Positions 27,308-38,800 of a stretch of DNA of 64,000 bases are shown here, piece by piece. The position numbers were made by a program, and so were the translations under genes. Origin of the DNA: a virus; the IMG/VR virus record IMGVR_UViG_3300045988_144755, one strand, 5' to 3'. The number at the start of each line of letters is the position of its first letter. Position 1 is the first letter of the stretch. The notes under the pieces were generated by a model, which was not told the origin of the DNA, made no database searches, and saw only the letters and a program-made list of their open reading frames with translations.

Positions 27308-28975
27308 ATGCAGGTGACAATCAGCAACTTCGGCGGCATCGTTCCAAGGTACTCTGACCACAATCTGAACAACATTGCCGCAACGATAGCCCATGACGTG
27401 AAGCTGCGGAATGGGCGTCTGGAGGCGTGGCGGGAACTGTGTGATTATGCCGATGTTGCCGAATCGAACCTGTCGTTCCACCTGCACGGGTGCTGCACGA
27501 CTGCATGGGATAGGGTCGTGCAGGCGGCGGAAGTGGCCCCCGATTGGGGACGGTTCTATATCACCGGGCGCATCAATGCGCTGGAGTCCGTTGTCCTCGA
27601 CTGCAACTGCAACCCAAGCTATTTCCTTGTCGGGGTGCCGACGCCCTTGACGCCCCCGGTCGCCACAGCAACGGAAGAGTGTGACCGGGCGGCGGACGCC
27701 CGCGCCTATGTCTATACCTACATCAACCAGTGGTATGAAGAATCCGCCCCGTCCCCGGCGAGCAACATTGTGCAGGTCAAGGACGGAACGACCGTCACTG
27801 TGTCGGGCATCGCCTTCCCGCCCGATGGATACGGCATCATCGGCGCGAACATCTACCGGGCGGCAACGGGGTTCCGACAGGCGGACGGCAAAGTCCAGAA
27901 GCCTTTGACGGACTACCTCTATGTGGGAACCGTAGAGTTTCCGAGTACCACCTTTACCGATGATGTGAAGGGTATCTACCTAGGACAGCCGCTGGAGACG
28001 GGCAAGGTACGGATGCCCCCGGACGGGCTCCGCAATGTGTGCAGCATTGACGGGGTTGTCCGGCTGGCGGGCACCACGGTCAACCAAGTCCACCTGACGG
28101 AGAATTTCCAACTGCACAACTGGCCCGTCAAATACGACCTGACACTGGACAGCGGCATTGTCCACATGGGGAGCCTTGACCAAAAGCTCTATGTCACTAC
28201 GGATACCATCCCATACATCATCGACGTATCCAGTTGTGAAGACATGAAGTGTACGCCCGTGCTGGACATCGACACGTCCCTGCCGGATATAAGCTGCGGG
28301 CATTCCAGCTCCGCAATCATGACGCCGCACGGGTACATTTACAGTTCCCCCTACGGGGCGACGCTCATCGACCCGTCCGGGAAGTGGCACATCCTCACGT
28401 CCCGCTGGTTGAGCGAGGATGATTGGGCACTGGTGCAACCGAATACGGCCCGCTTTGCCTATTGGGAGGGGTTCCTTTTCATCGTGACGGATGCCGTTAC
28501 GTTCCTGCTGGACATCAACGGCGACCCGTATGGCGACATGAACCAAGCCGAGCTGTCCACCTTATCGGATTCCCCTGTTGACCTGAAGGTATCCAACACC
28601 GGGAAGCTGTTCATGTTGCAGAACGGCAAGGTGCGGATGTGGAATGGTGCCGATACGTTCCGGGAATTTACGTGGGTAAGCCGGGAACTGACGGGCGGGA
28701 CGGTCAATCATGGCGGGCGCATCCCGTCAGACGACCCGGCGCTTGGCGTCATGTGGTCGCCCGTGTCCGGGAAGATACGCACCAAGGGGACGGAGTTCAC
28801 GCTCATATCCCCAATCCAGCCGGAAGCGTACAAGCGCACCGTCATGGACGAACGACCGTTCCGGCTGCCCCGCGTGGGGCGGCATATGTGGTACAAGGTG
28901 CGGCTCCGGGGAACGGCACCTGTGGAATTTGTTGACCTTGGCACCGCGCATTTCACGGTGAACAAGGGGCAGTGA
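27308..28975 (+). CDS. hypothetical structural protein (555 aa)
   Basis: Tightly follows the upstream gene. Confidence 0.5.
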   Translation: MQVTISNFGGIVPRYSDHNLNNIAATIAHDVKLRNGRLEAWRELCDYADVAESNLSFHLHGCCTTAWDRVVQAAEVAPDWGRFYITGRINALESVVLDCNCNPSYFLVGVPTPLTPPVATATEECDRAADARAYVYTYINQWYEESAPSPASNIVQVKDGTTVTVSGIAFPPDGYGIIGANIYRAATGFRQADGKVQKPLTDYLYVGTVEFPSTTFTDDVKGIYLGQPLETGKVRMPPDGLRNVCSIDGVVRLAGTTVNQVHLTENFQLHNWPVKYDLTLDSGIVHMGSLDQKLYVTTDTIPYIIDVSSCEDMKCTPVLDIDTSLPDISCGHSSSAIMTPHGYIYSSPYGATLIDPSGKWHILTSRWLSEDDWALVQPNTARFAYWEGFLFIVTDAVTFLLDINGDPYGDMNQAELSTLSDSPVDLKVSNTGKLFMLQNGKVRMWNGADTFREFTWVSRELTGGTVNHGGRIPSDDPALGVMWSPVSGKIRTKGTEFTLISPIQPEAYKRTVMDERPFRLPRVGRHMWYKVRLRGTAPVEFVDLGTAHFTVNKGQ

Positions 28976-29023
28976 CGAACCCGGACTTATTTTGTATGGT
29001 CTGGGAAACAAAGGAGCGAACCA

Positions 29024-29497
29024 ATGCCGACCTACCATTACGACATTCTGGAACCGGACAGCGACCTCACCATAGCCGTGGACAACCTTCAGCACGAATT
29101 GGGCGCGCTGTACAAGGAATCATGGGATACGGATAAACGTGCCGCCTACGGCGACAAGCCGTTTGCCCTGAACATTGAAGCGTTCGCCCGCATGTGGTTC
29201 ACGAAGTCGCTGAAGATTTTCATGGCCTATGATGAAAGGAACGACCCCATTGGGTTTCTTGTCGGCATTGTTTTCCGCCCGCTCCCCTATGAGGCGACCG
29301 TCTTTCAGGTGGAAGACTGGTTCACCCGTGGGAACAAGGAAGTGGAGCGCGGGCTTTTCCAGCACGTCACCAATGCCATTCGCTATATTGGGTGCGATGA
29401 AATCTGGGCGAGCGACAAGGCCAACCGTGATGCCGATTTCGGCACTAACTGGAAGAAGGCCAACTCCTTTACTCTGAATCGTTATATAAGGGCTTAG
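29024..29497 (+). CDS. hypothetical protein (157 aa)
   Basis: AAAGGAG RBS. Confidence 0.5.
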   Translation: MPTYHYDILEPDSDLTIAVDNLQHELGALYKESWDTDKRAAYGDKPFALNIEAFARMWFTKSLKIFMAYDERNDPIGFLVGIVFRPLPYEATVFQVEDWFTRGNKEVERGLFQHVTNAIRYIGCDEIWASDKANRDADFGTNWKKANSFTLNRYIRA

Positions 29498-29498
29498 T

Positions 29499-30311
29499 AT
29501 GGTCTACGCCGATGATATTGGCTGTAATAAGAACCACGGCGTAAATGACGAAGGGCGATCCTTTTTCGGGGATTTGCTCTCTCTTGCTGCCATTGCCGCT
29601 GCTGCCTACAACTCCGTCAAGGCTGTCCAGATCGCTGAAGACGAATGGGAGATGGCGAAGAAGTATTGGCAGATTTCAAAGAACTGGCTGGACTATTACA
29701 AGGACAACTACGCCCCGGTTGAAGATCAGGAACTGGAAGAGGCGATGAATATCCCGGTGGAGGAACCGGATTATGAAGTTGCCCGTGGGCGCGCCCGCGT
29801 CTCCGCATGGTTGGAGTTCCGGGGCATCACAGACAAGGCTATCCGCTGCACGTCCCGTTACTGCACCGGGCTTCGTGCGGATATTCTGACCGACCTCTCC
29901 ATTGCGCAGGCCGCAGCGGTGGCAATGGCGGACGGCCTCGGCTACCGCAACGAGCGCGCCTATATCGAATCCCGCAATGAGGTGCGGTTCGAGAAGATGA
30001 TGAACACAGCGAAGCGGGGCCGGGACATGCTTGCCGACAACGTGTCGCTGGCAAAATCTGCCGCAGGCATTTACGGTGATTTGTGGAATCAGGCGTGGTC
30101 AGGCATTCAGGGGGCGGGCTCTTACTTGGGTTACTACTTCAACCGGAATGATACGCAGTACCCCACGACTTACACGGCAGACCGCGCCACAATGCACACG
30201 CAGGCGACTGGCGGCTTGGAACCCATCCAAGGATATGCGGCACGGCGTCGGGCTCAGGTAGAGCAGGCGGGGACGCAGCTCATGAAGGAAAACTCTTTTG
30301 CTTTTGGGTAA
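29499..30311 (+). CDS. hypothetical protein, paralog A (C-terminal YYxxRNDTxYPTTY motif)
   Basis: Shares its N-terminal architecture and a C-terminal LGYYFNRNDTQYPTTY motif with the next gene. Confidence 0.5.
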   Translation: MVYADDIGCNKNHGVNDEGRSFFGDLLSLAAIAAAAYNSVKAVQIAEDEWEMAKKYWQISKNWLDYYKDNYAPVEDQELEEAMNIPVEEPDYEVARGRARVSAWLEFRGITDKAIRCTSRYCTGLRADILTDLSIAQAAAVAMADGLGYRNERAYIESRNEVRFEKMMNTAKRGRDMLADNVSLAKSAAGIYGDLWNQAWSGIQGAGSYLGYYFNRNDTQYPTTYTADRATMHTQATGGLEPIQGYAARRRAQVEQAGTQLMKENSFAFG

Positions 30312-30314
30312 CAT

Positions 30315-31202
30315 ATGGCAGATTGTACTTGTGCAAACCCGCAGGCGGTAGCCTCTGCCATAGACGGGACTACCAGCAAGGTTGACGATGTAAGCTATAC
30401 CCTGCATGGCGGCGCGCATGGCGGGCCGCTTGGCGCTATTGATGCGCTTCGGTTCTGCCATTGGGCCGCACCCGAATACGGAAACATTGGCGAGAACAAT
30501 TGGAACGTCGCCTTTAAAGCCGCGGCCTTGGCAATCGCTCTGGCAAATTCCATTGCTCAGGGTGAGATTGCCGAAAAGCAACAGGACTTGGCGGATCGCT
30601 ATTACCAGATGGCGAAGTACAAGTGGGAGCGATTCAAGGACAAGTACATGCCCTTGGAAAAGAAGCTCCTGCTGGAAGTATCAACAGTGCCTGTCCGGGA
30701 GCTGAACTGCATCGACGACCGTGACCGTGCGGAACAGTCGGTGAATCCGGCGTTCTCCACAATGTCTGACTACCTGTCCCGTAATGCAAAAAAGCTCCGC
30801 CTGTGCATTGACCCTGCGATTATCAGCGCGATAGAATTGCGCCGGGTTCAGACGTTGGTGGATACCGAGAACTACAACTTGCAGGACGACCAGTTCTTCA
30901 CCGACTTCAAGAACGACCAGCGTTGGAACCGCCGCAGTACCGTGCTGAACTTGGGGCGCAACCTGAGTTCCCAAGCCTTGAAGTACGGAGATGTCGCCCG
31001 CTCCTTGTATTCACAGGTCGGCGCACAAATTGACCAAGCCGCTGGCAGCCTCATGTCGGCATTGGGATATTACGGGGCAAGGAACGACACGTTCTACCCC
31101 ACTACATATCTGGGTTCCAACGGAGCGGGTTCTTCTTCTTCTTTGATTGGTATCCATGCTTTCGGGGGCAATAACCCCACAGGTTTGAATCCAACAGGTT
31201 AA
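30315..31202 (+). CDS. hypothetical protein, paralog B (C-terminal YYxxRNDTxYPTTY motif)
   Basis: LGYYGARNDTFYPTTY; YYQMAKYKWERFKDKYMPLE matches YWQISKNWLDYYKDNYAPVE in paralog A. Confidence 0.5.
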   Translation: MADCTCANPQAVASAIDGTTSKVDDVSYTLHGGAHGGPLGAIDALRFCHWAAPEYGNIGENNWNVAFKAAALAIALANSIAQGEIAEKQQDLADRYYQMAKYKWERFKDKYMPLEKKLLLEVSTVPVRELNCIDDRDRAEQSVNPAFSTMSDYLSRNAKKLRLCIDPAIISAIELRRVQTLVDTENYNLQDDQFFTDFKNDQRWNRRSTVLNLGRNLSSQALKYGDVARSLYSQVGAQIDQAAGSLMSALGYYGARNDTFYPTTYLGSNGAGSSSSLIGIHAFGGNNPTGLNPTG

Positions 31203-31211
31203 GGTGCTGAT

Positions 31212-31661
31212 ATGCTAGATTTCTTTGGAGCCATAGGCCGCATGTTGCCGGGGTATGTGCAGGGTGAGCGGCAAGCCATTGCCGATAACTGGAACGACCT
31301 TGAGAAGTATAACAAGGTGCAGGCCGGGCAACTTGAGAATGCCTTTACTGAGGACACGTACAACCCCCGGTTCAACATCATGCTCCACAACACGGCCCGT
31401 TCCCAGATGGGGATGGAACAGGACTTGATGAACCTGAACCTGAACTACGCAAGGTATCCGGGGCTGATGGACGTGGCGCTGGTAAACAGCGAATCGGCTG
31501 GCCCGCTTGCCGCACAACAGGCCGCCATGCAGATGGCGCAATTCGCCGCATTGCAGAATATGTACAACAGCCCGCTGTGGCAACAGGCAACGATGGGCGG
31601 CACCATCTTCAACCCGTACACGGGTGCTGCCATGAGCCAGCCTAGCATTTTGGGGAGGTAG
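31212..31661 (+). CDS. hypothetical protein
   Basis: AAGGTG RBS. Confidence 0.45.
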   Translation: MLDFFGAIGRMLPGYVQGERQAIADNWNDLEKYNKVQAGQLENAFTEDTYNPRFNIMLHNTARSQMGMEQDLMNLNLNYARYPGLMDVALVNSESAGPLAAQQAAMQMAQFAALQNMYNSPLWQQATMGGTIFNPYTGAAMSQPSILGR

Positions 31662-31666
31662 CGGAT

Positions 31667-32698
31667 ATGCCGATGATGCGAGCAGCCCATATGGTTATGC
31701 CGGGCACCGAGAACACGGCACAGGTTTTTCCCGGAACGGCACCCGTCCTCATGCAGCGGTCGCCCTACGCGACGCTGGCCTATGAGGTTACGCCCTACGG
31801 TGCGTCGGCGTTGACGGGGTATCCTTCCGCATATCCCCATGTGATCCGTAGAGGGCCTACCGATTTCATAGCCATGTTCGCCCCGCGTGGCGCGGCTATG
31901 GGCTATGCCGCGGCTCCGGCCCGTGACCCTCAGTGGGCGCGGGAACTGTTGAATGCGGCTGTAGGACGGCGGGGGGCGGCACCGCAACGGACGGCTCCGG
32001 TGGCGCGTGGGGCCTCCACGACGCCCCCTGCCACCACCAAACCAGCGGCGACCCAACAGGCGAACAATGCCACGGCATCGGCACGTAAGCAGCCGCAGGT
32101 GCAGGAGCCCCCGAAGGTAGGGCCTACCCCGCCGAACCCCCCGGCAACAGGGAGCGGTGCGGCACCCGCTGTGGCTCCCGCTGCGCAGCCCGCAGCCATT
32201 ATGTTGCCGCGGCTTGCCGGGGATATGACCCCGTTGCCCGGTGCGGTTCCCGTCCCGGACTTGGCAAACCCCGGCATGGGTGCGGCCCCCACGGGCGCGG
32301 CCCAACCTGTCATTGCGCCTGTAGGCGAGGGCGGCATGGTGCCGACAGCGCCGACTGAGGAGCCGGGTTTCTGGAGCAGCTTCGTCAACGGAATGAAGGA
32401 CTTCGCCTCGGATATGACGCCCCCGCCCGCCGAGCTTGCCGAGCTTTCTCAGCAGGCTGCGGAGAGCATGGCGGCGCAGGATAATGCGGTCGATCAGAGT
32501 GGCCTCTCTCTTGCCGATGTCACCAATGCCGCGTTCCTGTCCGCCCTGAACCCTGAGTTGTTGAACCTGTTCTACAACTTCGGACGCGATTTCACTACGG
32601 CTTTCCCCCGTGCAGTACAGGCGACAATGGGGGGGGATCCGCTGCAAGTTCCTCCAGTCTTGCCGGGGCCGGGTGGCATCCCGGTGCTGGTGCCGTAG
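31667..32698 (+). CDS. Ala/Pro-rich hypothetical virion protein
   Basis: GGAGG RBS. Confidence 0.45.
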   Translation: MPMMRAAHMVMPGTENTAQVFPGTAPVLMQRSPYATLAYEVTPYGASALTGYPSAYPHVIRRGPTDFIAMFAPRGAAMGYAAAPARDPQWARELLNAAVGRRGAAPQRTAPVARGASTTPPATTKPAATQQANNATASARKQPQVQEPPKVGPTPPNPPATGSGAAPAVAPAAQPAAIMLPRLAGDMTPLPGAVPVPDLANPGMGAAPTGAAQPVIAPVGEGGMVPTAPTEEPGFWSSFVNGMKDFASDMTPPPAELAELSQQAAESMAAQDNAVDQSGLSLADVTNAAFLSALNPELLNLFYNFGRDFTTAFPRAVQATMGGDPLQVPPVLPGPGGIPVLVP

Positions 32699-32710
32699 GA
32701 GGTGCGCACT

Positions 32711-32899
32711 ATGTCGCAATCCCATGAAGAAGAACAGGCAATACTGTCTCAGATTTACGACCCGCGGTACCAGCAGACCATGTTCCTTATCGAGCAGGCG
32801 ATGCGGGACGTATCGGCATTGCCCGATGTGCCCGCGTCGTATCCGAACACATACGATACTGACCTTCTGAGACTGATTGATTCCGTACCCTTGGAGTAA
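32711..32899 (+). CDS. small hypothetical protein (62 aa)
   Basis: AGGAGG 8 nt before the ATG at 32711; the track ORF start at 32702 is a GTG. Confidence 0.4.
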   Translation: MSQSHEEEQAILSQIYDPRYQQTMFLIEQAMRDVSALPDVPASYPNTYDTDLLRLIDSVPLE

Positions 32900-32901
32900 T
32901 T

Positions 32902-35832
32902 ATGGCATCGTCTACATCCAACGTCACTCCCATAAGCTCTCAGGTTAAGCCCTTTGAGATGCCGGATTACAACTCTGCCCTCAAGCAAGCCATGTCCACG
33001 GCGAACATGATGGCGCTGATGTACCGGAGAATGTACGGCGGCGGGGGGCGTGGGAAAGGCGCATGGCATTATGAGATTGACCCTACGGCACCGAATGGGT
33101 TCCGCAGGGTCTGGGTCGAGGGTGGCACTGATAAGGAACGGAAGGCGTACCTTGAAGCGATGCGCCGTGGTGCCGCAGTCAAGGCCCTGCAAGACCCGGA
33201 AGTTGCCAAGCTGCGGGCGGGCATGGAGAATATGTCCGTCCACAAACAGAAGCAGATTCTGGACGACATCCGGCGCAACCATGTCGAGCGGTTGTCAAAG
33301 CAGTACCAAGTCCCTGCCAACGACATCCTGCAAGAACTCGGCACAGCGGACGCCCAACTCGATAGCCAGCTTAAAAAAATCAATGCTGACTCCGGGTTCT
33401 GGAATACGTTGTGGGATGCCGCTTCGCGGGAATCAACGAAAATAGCCGATGCTATTACTGGCGTGGGCGAGGATGCCCGTGCCGAATTTGAGCGCGGCAA
33501 GCTGCGCTTGGAGAAATACCAGCAGGCTACGGAAGAGAACGCCTACCTGCGGGAACAGCAGCTTCGTGAACAGGAGGGGGAAGGATTCCTCTCCCGCCAG
33601 ACCGGGCCGGGCAGCAGCTTCCTCGGCATGATGGGCAGCTTAATCGGCGAGCAGGCTGCGGACACGGGCGCACCGCTTGCCGGGATGGGAGCTGGTGCCG
33701 CCGCTGGTACAGCTACCGCAGGGCCTGTCGGGGCTGCCGTAGGCGGCCTCATTGGTGCGGGCGCAGCGGGCTCACAGATTGAGAAGATCAACTTCATCGA
33801 CCGTGTGGTTGCCGACCCCAACCTGACGGACGAACAGAAGATTGCCGCTATTGAAGCGGGCTCAGGTTCCGCGCAGCTTATGGGCGGCGCACTGAATGCC
33901 CTCCCACTGAACCTCGCCCGCGTAGCGGCACCCGTGCGCAATGCTGTAGCCCGTGCGGGCATCGGCAGATTGGGGCGTGAATTTACTGAGGTAGGCGGCG
34001 GTGCCCTCGGTGAGCAAGTCTTGCGGAATGCCGCCGCCCGCCGTGCAGAGAACATTGCCAACGAGAGCTGGCTCCGTACCTACGCCACCCGCGCCGTTCC
34101 GCAGGCGGCAGTGGAGACGGGGCTTGCGAATGTTGGTACGGTGGTTGGACAGAATGCGATCTTCAACGAGGCTACCGGACAGGACACCCCGTTGTCTGAA
34201 GGCGTCGGGGAATCTGTCGTCGCCTCGGTTCTGGGCGCTCCTTTCTTTGGGGCGTTCAATGTCCGCAGCTATCCACGCCGTAACAATTCCGGCAACACCA
34301 CGGGGACGCGGCAGACGGGGACTGATGCCAGTGCTGCCGGAACCGCTGCGCCGAACCCCGGCTCTGTACCTCCGGGAGACGGGGGCGCAGCGTCAGCGGT
34401 ATTTAACCAGAGCACGTATGACCGCTCGTTCCGTTCCGGGTTGAAGGAGTATTTCCGCAAGAACCGTAACTTCAATCCCGATGATGTGCAGAAAGCCTAC
34501 ACCGCCAACGGCATGTCCGTTGACCAGTACAGGGCGTTCGTGGATACGCTGGAAGCCGAGGGCTTCAGCAAGAAGGTTGTCGACCGCCTGCGGGAATCGT
34601 TTGTCGAATCTCCGATTACGAACAGGGAACGTGCCCTCTACGACTTCACGTCAAAGATCACGGCGGAGACGACCCCTGCTGAAGTGGATGCCGCATTGCA
34701 GGCATACTTCCAAGCGGGCGGCACCCCTGAGATGGTGGAGCGGTTCCTGAAGGACGGCAGCCTTACGCCCAAGCGCCGGGACAAGAACACGTCTCTGGTG
34801 GATGTCAATGCGAAACGCTTGAAGAATTTCCAGCGTGCCCACATAAACGAAGGGTTACTCCGCAACAAGGAAAATGGAGCGACAGTCAATGGCGAAGCAA
34901 GCGGAAACGCAGGAAGCGGCGCGGAGCAGGCGGCTTCCTTCATGGGAAGCGATGGACAGGCAAGAACGGGAAGCCCTGATGCAGCAAATACTGCAAGCAA
35001 TAGCAGAGTGGCGACCGATACCGGAACGCCTGATGCAGCCCCTGCCGACAGCCTTGCTCAAGAAGCTGCTCGACGCGGTGAACCAGTTGAAGGCGGAAGG
35101 ACTGGCGGGGCCGCACAACCGGGCGAACGACAGAATCAAACGGCTGAAGTCCTTGTTGAACCAGCGGGGACTGGGCGGGGAACGGGAGCCGACAGCGGAC
35201 GAAGTGGTGAACCAGCAGCCGCCGGAAGTGCGCAACCAGATACTGGCGCAGGAATCCGCACTGGTGAAGGAATCGGAAGTGCGGGCGTTGCAGGAAATGC
35301 AGAAGGCGCTGGCGCGCAGCAACAACCCGCTGGTCGGCGTATAGACCTGCCTGATGGCGCGACTACGGATGTGCGGCCCGCTGAGGTTCGCCCGTCCAGC
35401 AGCAACACGCCCATCGACATGACGAACGCCACGTTCGACGTGGTGCCGAAGGAAGTCCGGGAGCGTGCGAATGTAGCGCCCGTCACGACCAGCAGCAAGA
35501 TTGACGCGCTTCCCGATGAGTTCTGGAAGAAGAACTACAATGCCAGAATCAAACCGGAGAATGCGCGGAACAAGGCGTGGGAGCTGCTTATCAGCGACCG
35601 CCTGAACCAGTTGATGCCGGATGCCGCGAAGAAATTCAGCAAGGCTGAAACGAAGCTGCTGAACGCACTCCATGATTCGGGCATCGCCACGCCGGAACTC
35701 CCGGATTCCATCTGGGATACCATCTATGAAGCGCAGTCCATGACGCCGGATGTGTCGCCCATTGATATTGTTAAGGCCGAACTGAACTCCTATGAGTCCG
35801 GTTACAAGGTAGCCGAGAACCCTGCCTGCTGA
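32902..35832 (+). CDS. large Ala/Gly-rich virion protein (976 aa); tape-measure or internal-core candidate
   Basis: GGAG RBS; glycine-zipper-like AGAAAGTATAGPVGAAVGGLIGAGAAG and long low-complexity segments. Assignment is by size and position. Confidence 0.5.
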   Translation: MASSTSNVTPISSQVKPFEMPDYNSALKQAMSTANMMALMYRRMYGGGGRGKGAWHYEIDPTAPNGFRRVWVEGGTDKERKAYLEAMRRGAAVKALQDPEVAKLRAGMENMSVHKQKQILDDIRRNHVERLSKQYQVPANDILQELGTADAQLDSQLKKINADSGFWNTLWDAASRESTKIADAITGVGEDARAEFERGKLRLEKYQQATEENAYLREQQLREQEGEGFLSRQTGPGSSFLGMMGSLIGEQAADTGAPLAGMGAGAAAGTATAGPVGAAVGGLIGAGAAGSQIEKINFIDRVVADPNLTDEQKIAAIEAGSGSAQLMGGALNALPLNLARVAAPVRNAVARAGIGRLGREFTEVGGGALGEQVLRNAAARRAENIANESWLRTYATRAVPQAAVETGLANVGTVVGQNAIFNEATGQDTPLSEGVGESVVASVLGAPFFGAFNVRSYPRRNNSGNTTGTRQTGTDASAAGTAAPNPGSVPPGDGGAASAVFNQSTYDRSFRSGLKEYFRKNRNFNPDDVQKAYTANGMSVDQYRAFVDTLEAEGFSKKVVDRLRESFVESPITNRERALYDFTSKITAETTPAEVDAALQAYFQAGGTPEMVERFLKDGSLTPKRRDKNTSLVDVNAKRLKNFQRAHINEGLLRNKENGATVNGEASGNAGSGAEQAASFMGSDGQARTGSPDAANTASNSRVATDTGTPDAAPADSLAQEAARRGEPVEGGRTGGAAQPGERQNQTAEVLVEPAGTGRGTGADSGRSGEPAAAGSAQPDTGAGIRTGEGIGSAGVAGNAEGAGAQQQPAGRRIDLPDGATTDVRPAEVRPSSSNTPIDMTNATFDVVPKEVRERANVAPVTTSSKIDALPDEFWKKNYNARIKPENARNKAWELLISDRLNQLMPDAAKKFSKAETKLLNALHDSGIATPELPDSIWDTIYEAQSMTPDVSPIDIVKAELNSYESGYKVAENPAC

Positions 35833-35839
35833 GGAAGTT

Positions 35840-38800
35840 ATGTTTTGTCCTGATGATGCAGAAATCTTCGCGTCCACCAGACGCCCGCATGGAAACGGTG
35901 GGGCCTTTGGCACCATGCGGCACACCGTTGACCCTGCACAGACACGCGCTCTGACGTTGGAACAGATTGCTAGAGATGCCTATGAGCACGCCACCTACAT
36001 GAGCGACCTTGGCGGAAGCATCAGCAGTTCCTACACGACGACGATAAGCCCCACGACTGCACGCGACCGCAGGGAAGTGCGCGGGCTGGCCCGTGATGTC
36101 GTCAAACTCATGGACACGGCGCGGGATGCGCAGGCTGAACGGATGCAGAAGTGGCAGGAGAACCTTCGTGCCGTCAGTCAGACATCCGTCAACGAGGTAA
36201 GCAAGTGGGCGAACTTCGTAACGGCAACAACCCGCAAGCTGGTCAACGCCCGCGCCGACATCAACCTGTGGGCGCAGGCGTACCTTGGCGAGAACGACAG
36301 GGCGAACGTGAACAACAGCACCCGCATGGCCTTTGAGCTCATGGAACCGAAGATTCAGGGGACGCTGCAAAAGTTCACCAAGGCAATTGAGGAAGTCAAC
36401 GAACAGCTCAAGCCCATTGCGCAACGCACCGGGTACACTGTCGATGAGGTCGCCACCATCTTCGGAGACTACGCCAACTGCCAGATGATGCCGGAAATCA
36501 ACCAGCTCCTTCTGGATCGCTGGCAGGGAGAGATTGCGGCGGAACGGCTGCGGAACAGGGGGGACGAATCCAAAGTCCGTATTGCACAATTGCAACACAA
36601 GATCGAGAACCTCTCCGCCAACCTGAACAACCCCAACCCGAAACGGGATTTGATCTCCGGCGGGTATACCAATGCCGAAGCGCAGCAGTTGCAGCAGCGC
36701 ATTCTGGACATGGGGTTCACGAAGGAAGAGATTGAAGCATGGACTGCGGACTTTCGGGAGCACGGGTATCGCGGGATTCTTGAGGCGCGTGTGCAGGCCG
36801 GGCTGGTATCGCCCGAAGTCCTGCGGTCGTTCCCGGACTTCCAGTACCACCTCCCGGTCAAAACCAAGTTCGACAACATCACGGGTGCCGTCAACGACGC
36901 GGCGCTGTACAGCCCCGGAACCTACGGTGAAATCAAAGGGCGCATCAACAAACCCGACAGTGCTTACTTCACTGTGCTGAACTACGCCCGCCGTGCAGCC
37001 AACGAGATCGGGATGCAGGACTTCACCCTGCGCATGGCAGCCGCAGCAAAGGATGCGGAAGTATCCGGGAAGAACAACGGGCTGTTGATGTTCAACGTGG
37101 CTCAGTTGAAGCAGTGGAAGATGAATGGGGAACCGCAAATCCGCCGATGGGCGGAGAACTTGGAAGAACGCGGGTGCCTCATTGCCGACATCCCTAGCCA
37201 GTTCGACCCACAGACCGGGGAACCCATCAGCTCCACCAAGATGCTGATTACGTTCGACCCGAACTGGAAAGACCCCAAGACGGGCCTTACGGGTATGCAG
37301 TTGAACGACGCCCTTGTTGCGGCACCAAAGCACGCCACCTCGTTCGGCAAAGGCGTCGCCCGCTGGACAAGCCGCACCGGGCAGTTGTTCACCCGGTTCC
37401 GTCCTACCTTTGCTTTCATCAACTGCGGGCGCGACCTCATGATGCGGTCAACGGGGATGCTGGCCCGTGACTACTACCGCCCTGACGGAACAATGATTGC
37501 CGGGTCGTCACTCGTATCGAACTATCTCACGAACACGCCCCGCGCCGCCCGTATGCTTATGGATACGCTGGTGCGGGATACTGCCGCACCGGACTCCGAT
37601 GCCCGGCGGCTGTGGAATGAATACGTGAGCGCGGGGTTGCACCAGCAGTACACCCGTGGGCAGAATGAAATCCGGCGCACTCTTGCGGATGTCATTGAGG
37701 CACGGGACAATCCCACGGGGTTTGTTCGTAAGTACCTGACAAATCCGAAAGACCCCAAGGGGAAGAAGTTTGCCGAGATGCTGAACGGGCTCGGCAACCG
37801 CAAAGATCAAGCCCTTGCCGTACTGGATGGCTGGAACGATTACTTCAACAATATCGCCAGCTTCAACCAGTTCGCCACCCTGCGCGACGCCGGGTTGAGC
37901 GTAGACAGCGCGGCGCACGCTACGCTTGAGATGATGAACCTCTACCAGCGCGGGACGGCAACGCCCGCTCTGCAATGCCTCTACCCGTTCATCATCCCGA
38001 CAATGCAGGGTGCCGCAAACATCATGCGGACGATGGGCTTTGTGCCGGATCAGCGCGGCGTGTACCGCGCCACCCGCAAGGGGATGCTCACTGTGGCTGG
38101 CCTTGCCGGGGCCTACTCCATGTTGCTCCCCATCATGAAGGATTCGATGGGCACTGATGAGAACGGCAACAGCTACTTCGACGCAATGAGTTTGTCAGAG
38201 CTTCAGCGCGGCATTCCCATTGGCCTTGGCGACGGGGACTACATCAAACTGCCGCTCGACTACGGCATCCCCCAAATTGTCGCCACGATGATGGTTGGTG
38301 CCGACAGGGTGGAGCGCGGGCTGATGGCTCCTGCCGACTACGGGTTCGAGATGGTCTACACCCTTGTCAAGAATATGTCGCCCGGCAACTGGCCTGAGTT
38401 CTCCATGACCGAGAATCCGATGGCTTTCTTCACGCAGGCGTTCATGCCGCAGTTGTTGAGCCCCTTTGCCGAATCCGTCACCAACACGGGTTGGGCGGGG
38501 CAGAAGCTGACGTGGGCGGAACGTGGCGGCACCAAGGCGATGGCAGACCAAGGCTCTTCGTCTACGCCCAAGTTCTACCATGATGCGGCAAAGTACCTGT
38601 ACCGCAACATGCACGGGCCAGACCTTGCCCCCGAACAGATTCAGTCCATCATCGAGGGCTTCGCCACGGGGCCATTCCGGTTCATCAAAGGCTGGCTGGA
38701 GGGCGACACCCCGCGCAAGCATGGAGCACAGCCGCCCGCATCCGAGCGGATGGGCGAGTTCCTCTCCACCCTTGGCGGGACAATGCTGTTCGGCACCGTC

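Noticed and set aside
32902-35832. Confident tape-measure protein call for the 976-aa ORF
   Set aside because: It is rich in Ala/Gly low-complexity with glycine-zipper-like stretches, but it lacks the obvious long coiled-coil periodicity. Gene order (two giant proteins followed by a collagen-like fibre) equally fits podovirus internal-core proteins. It is left as a structural protein of uncertain role.
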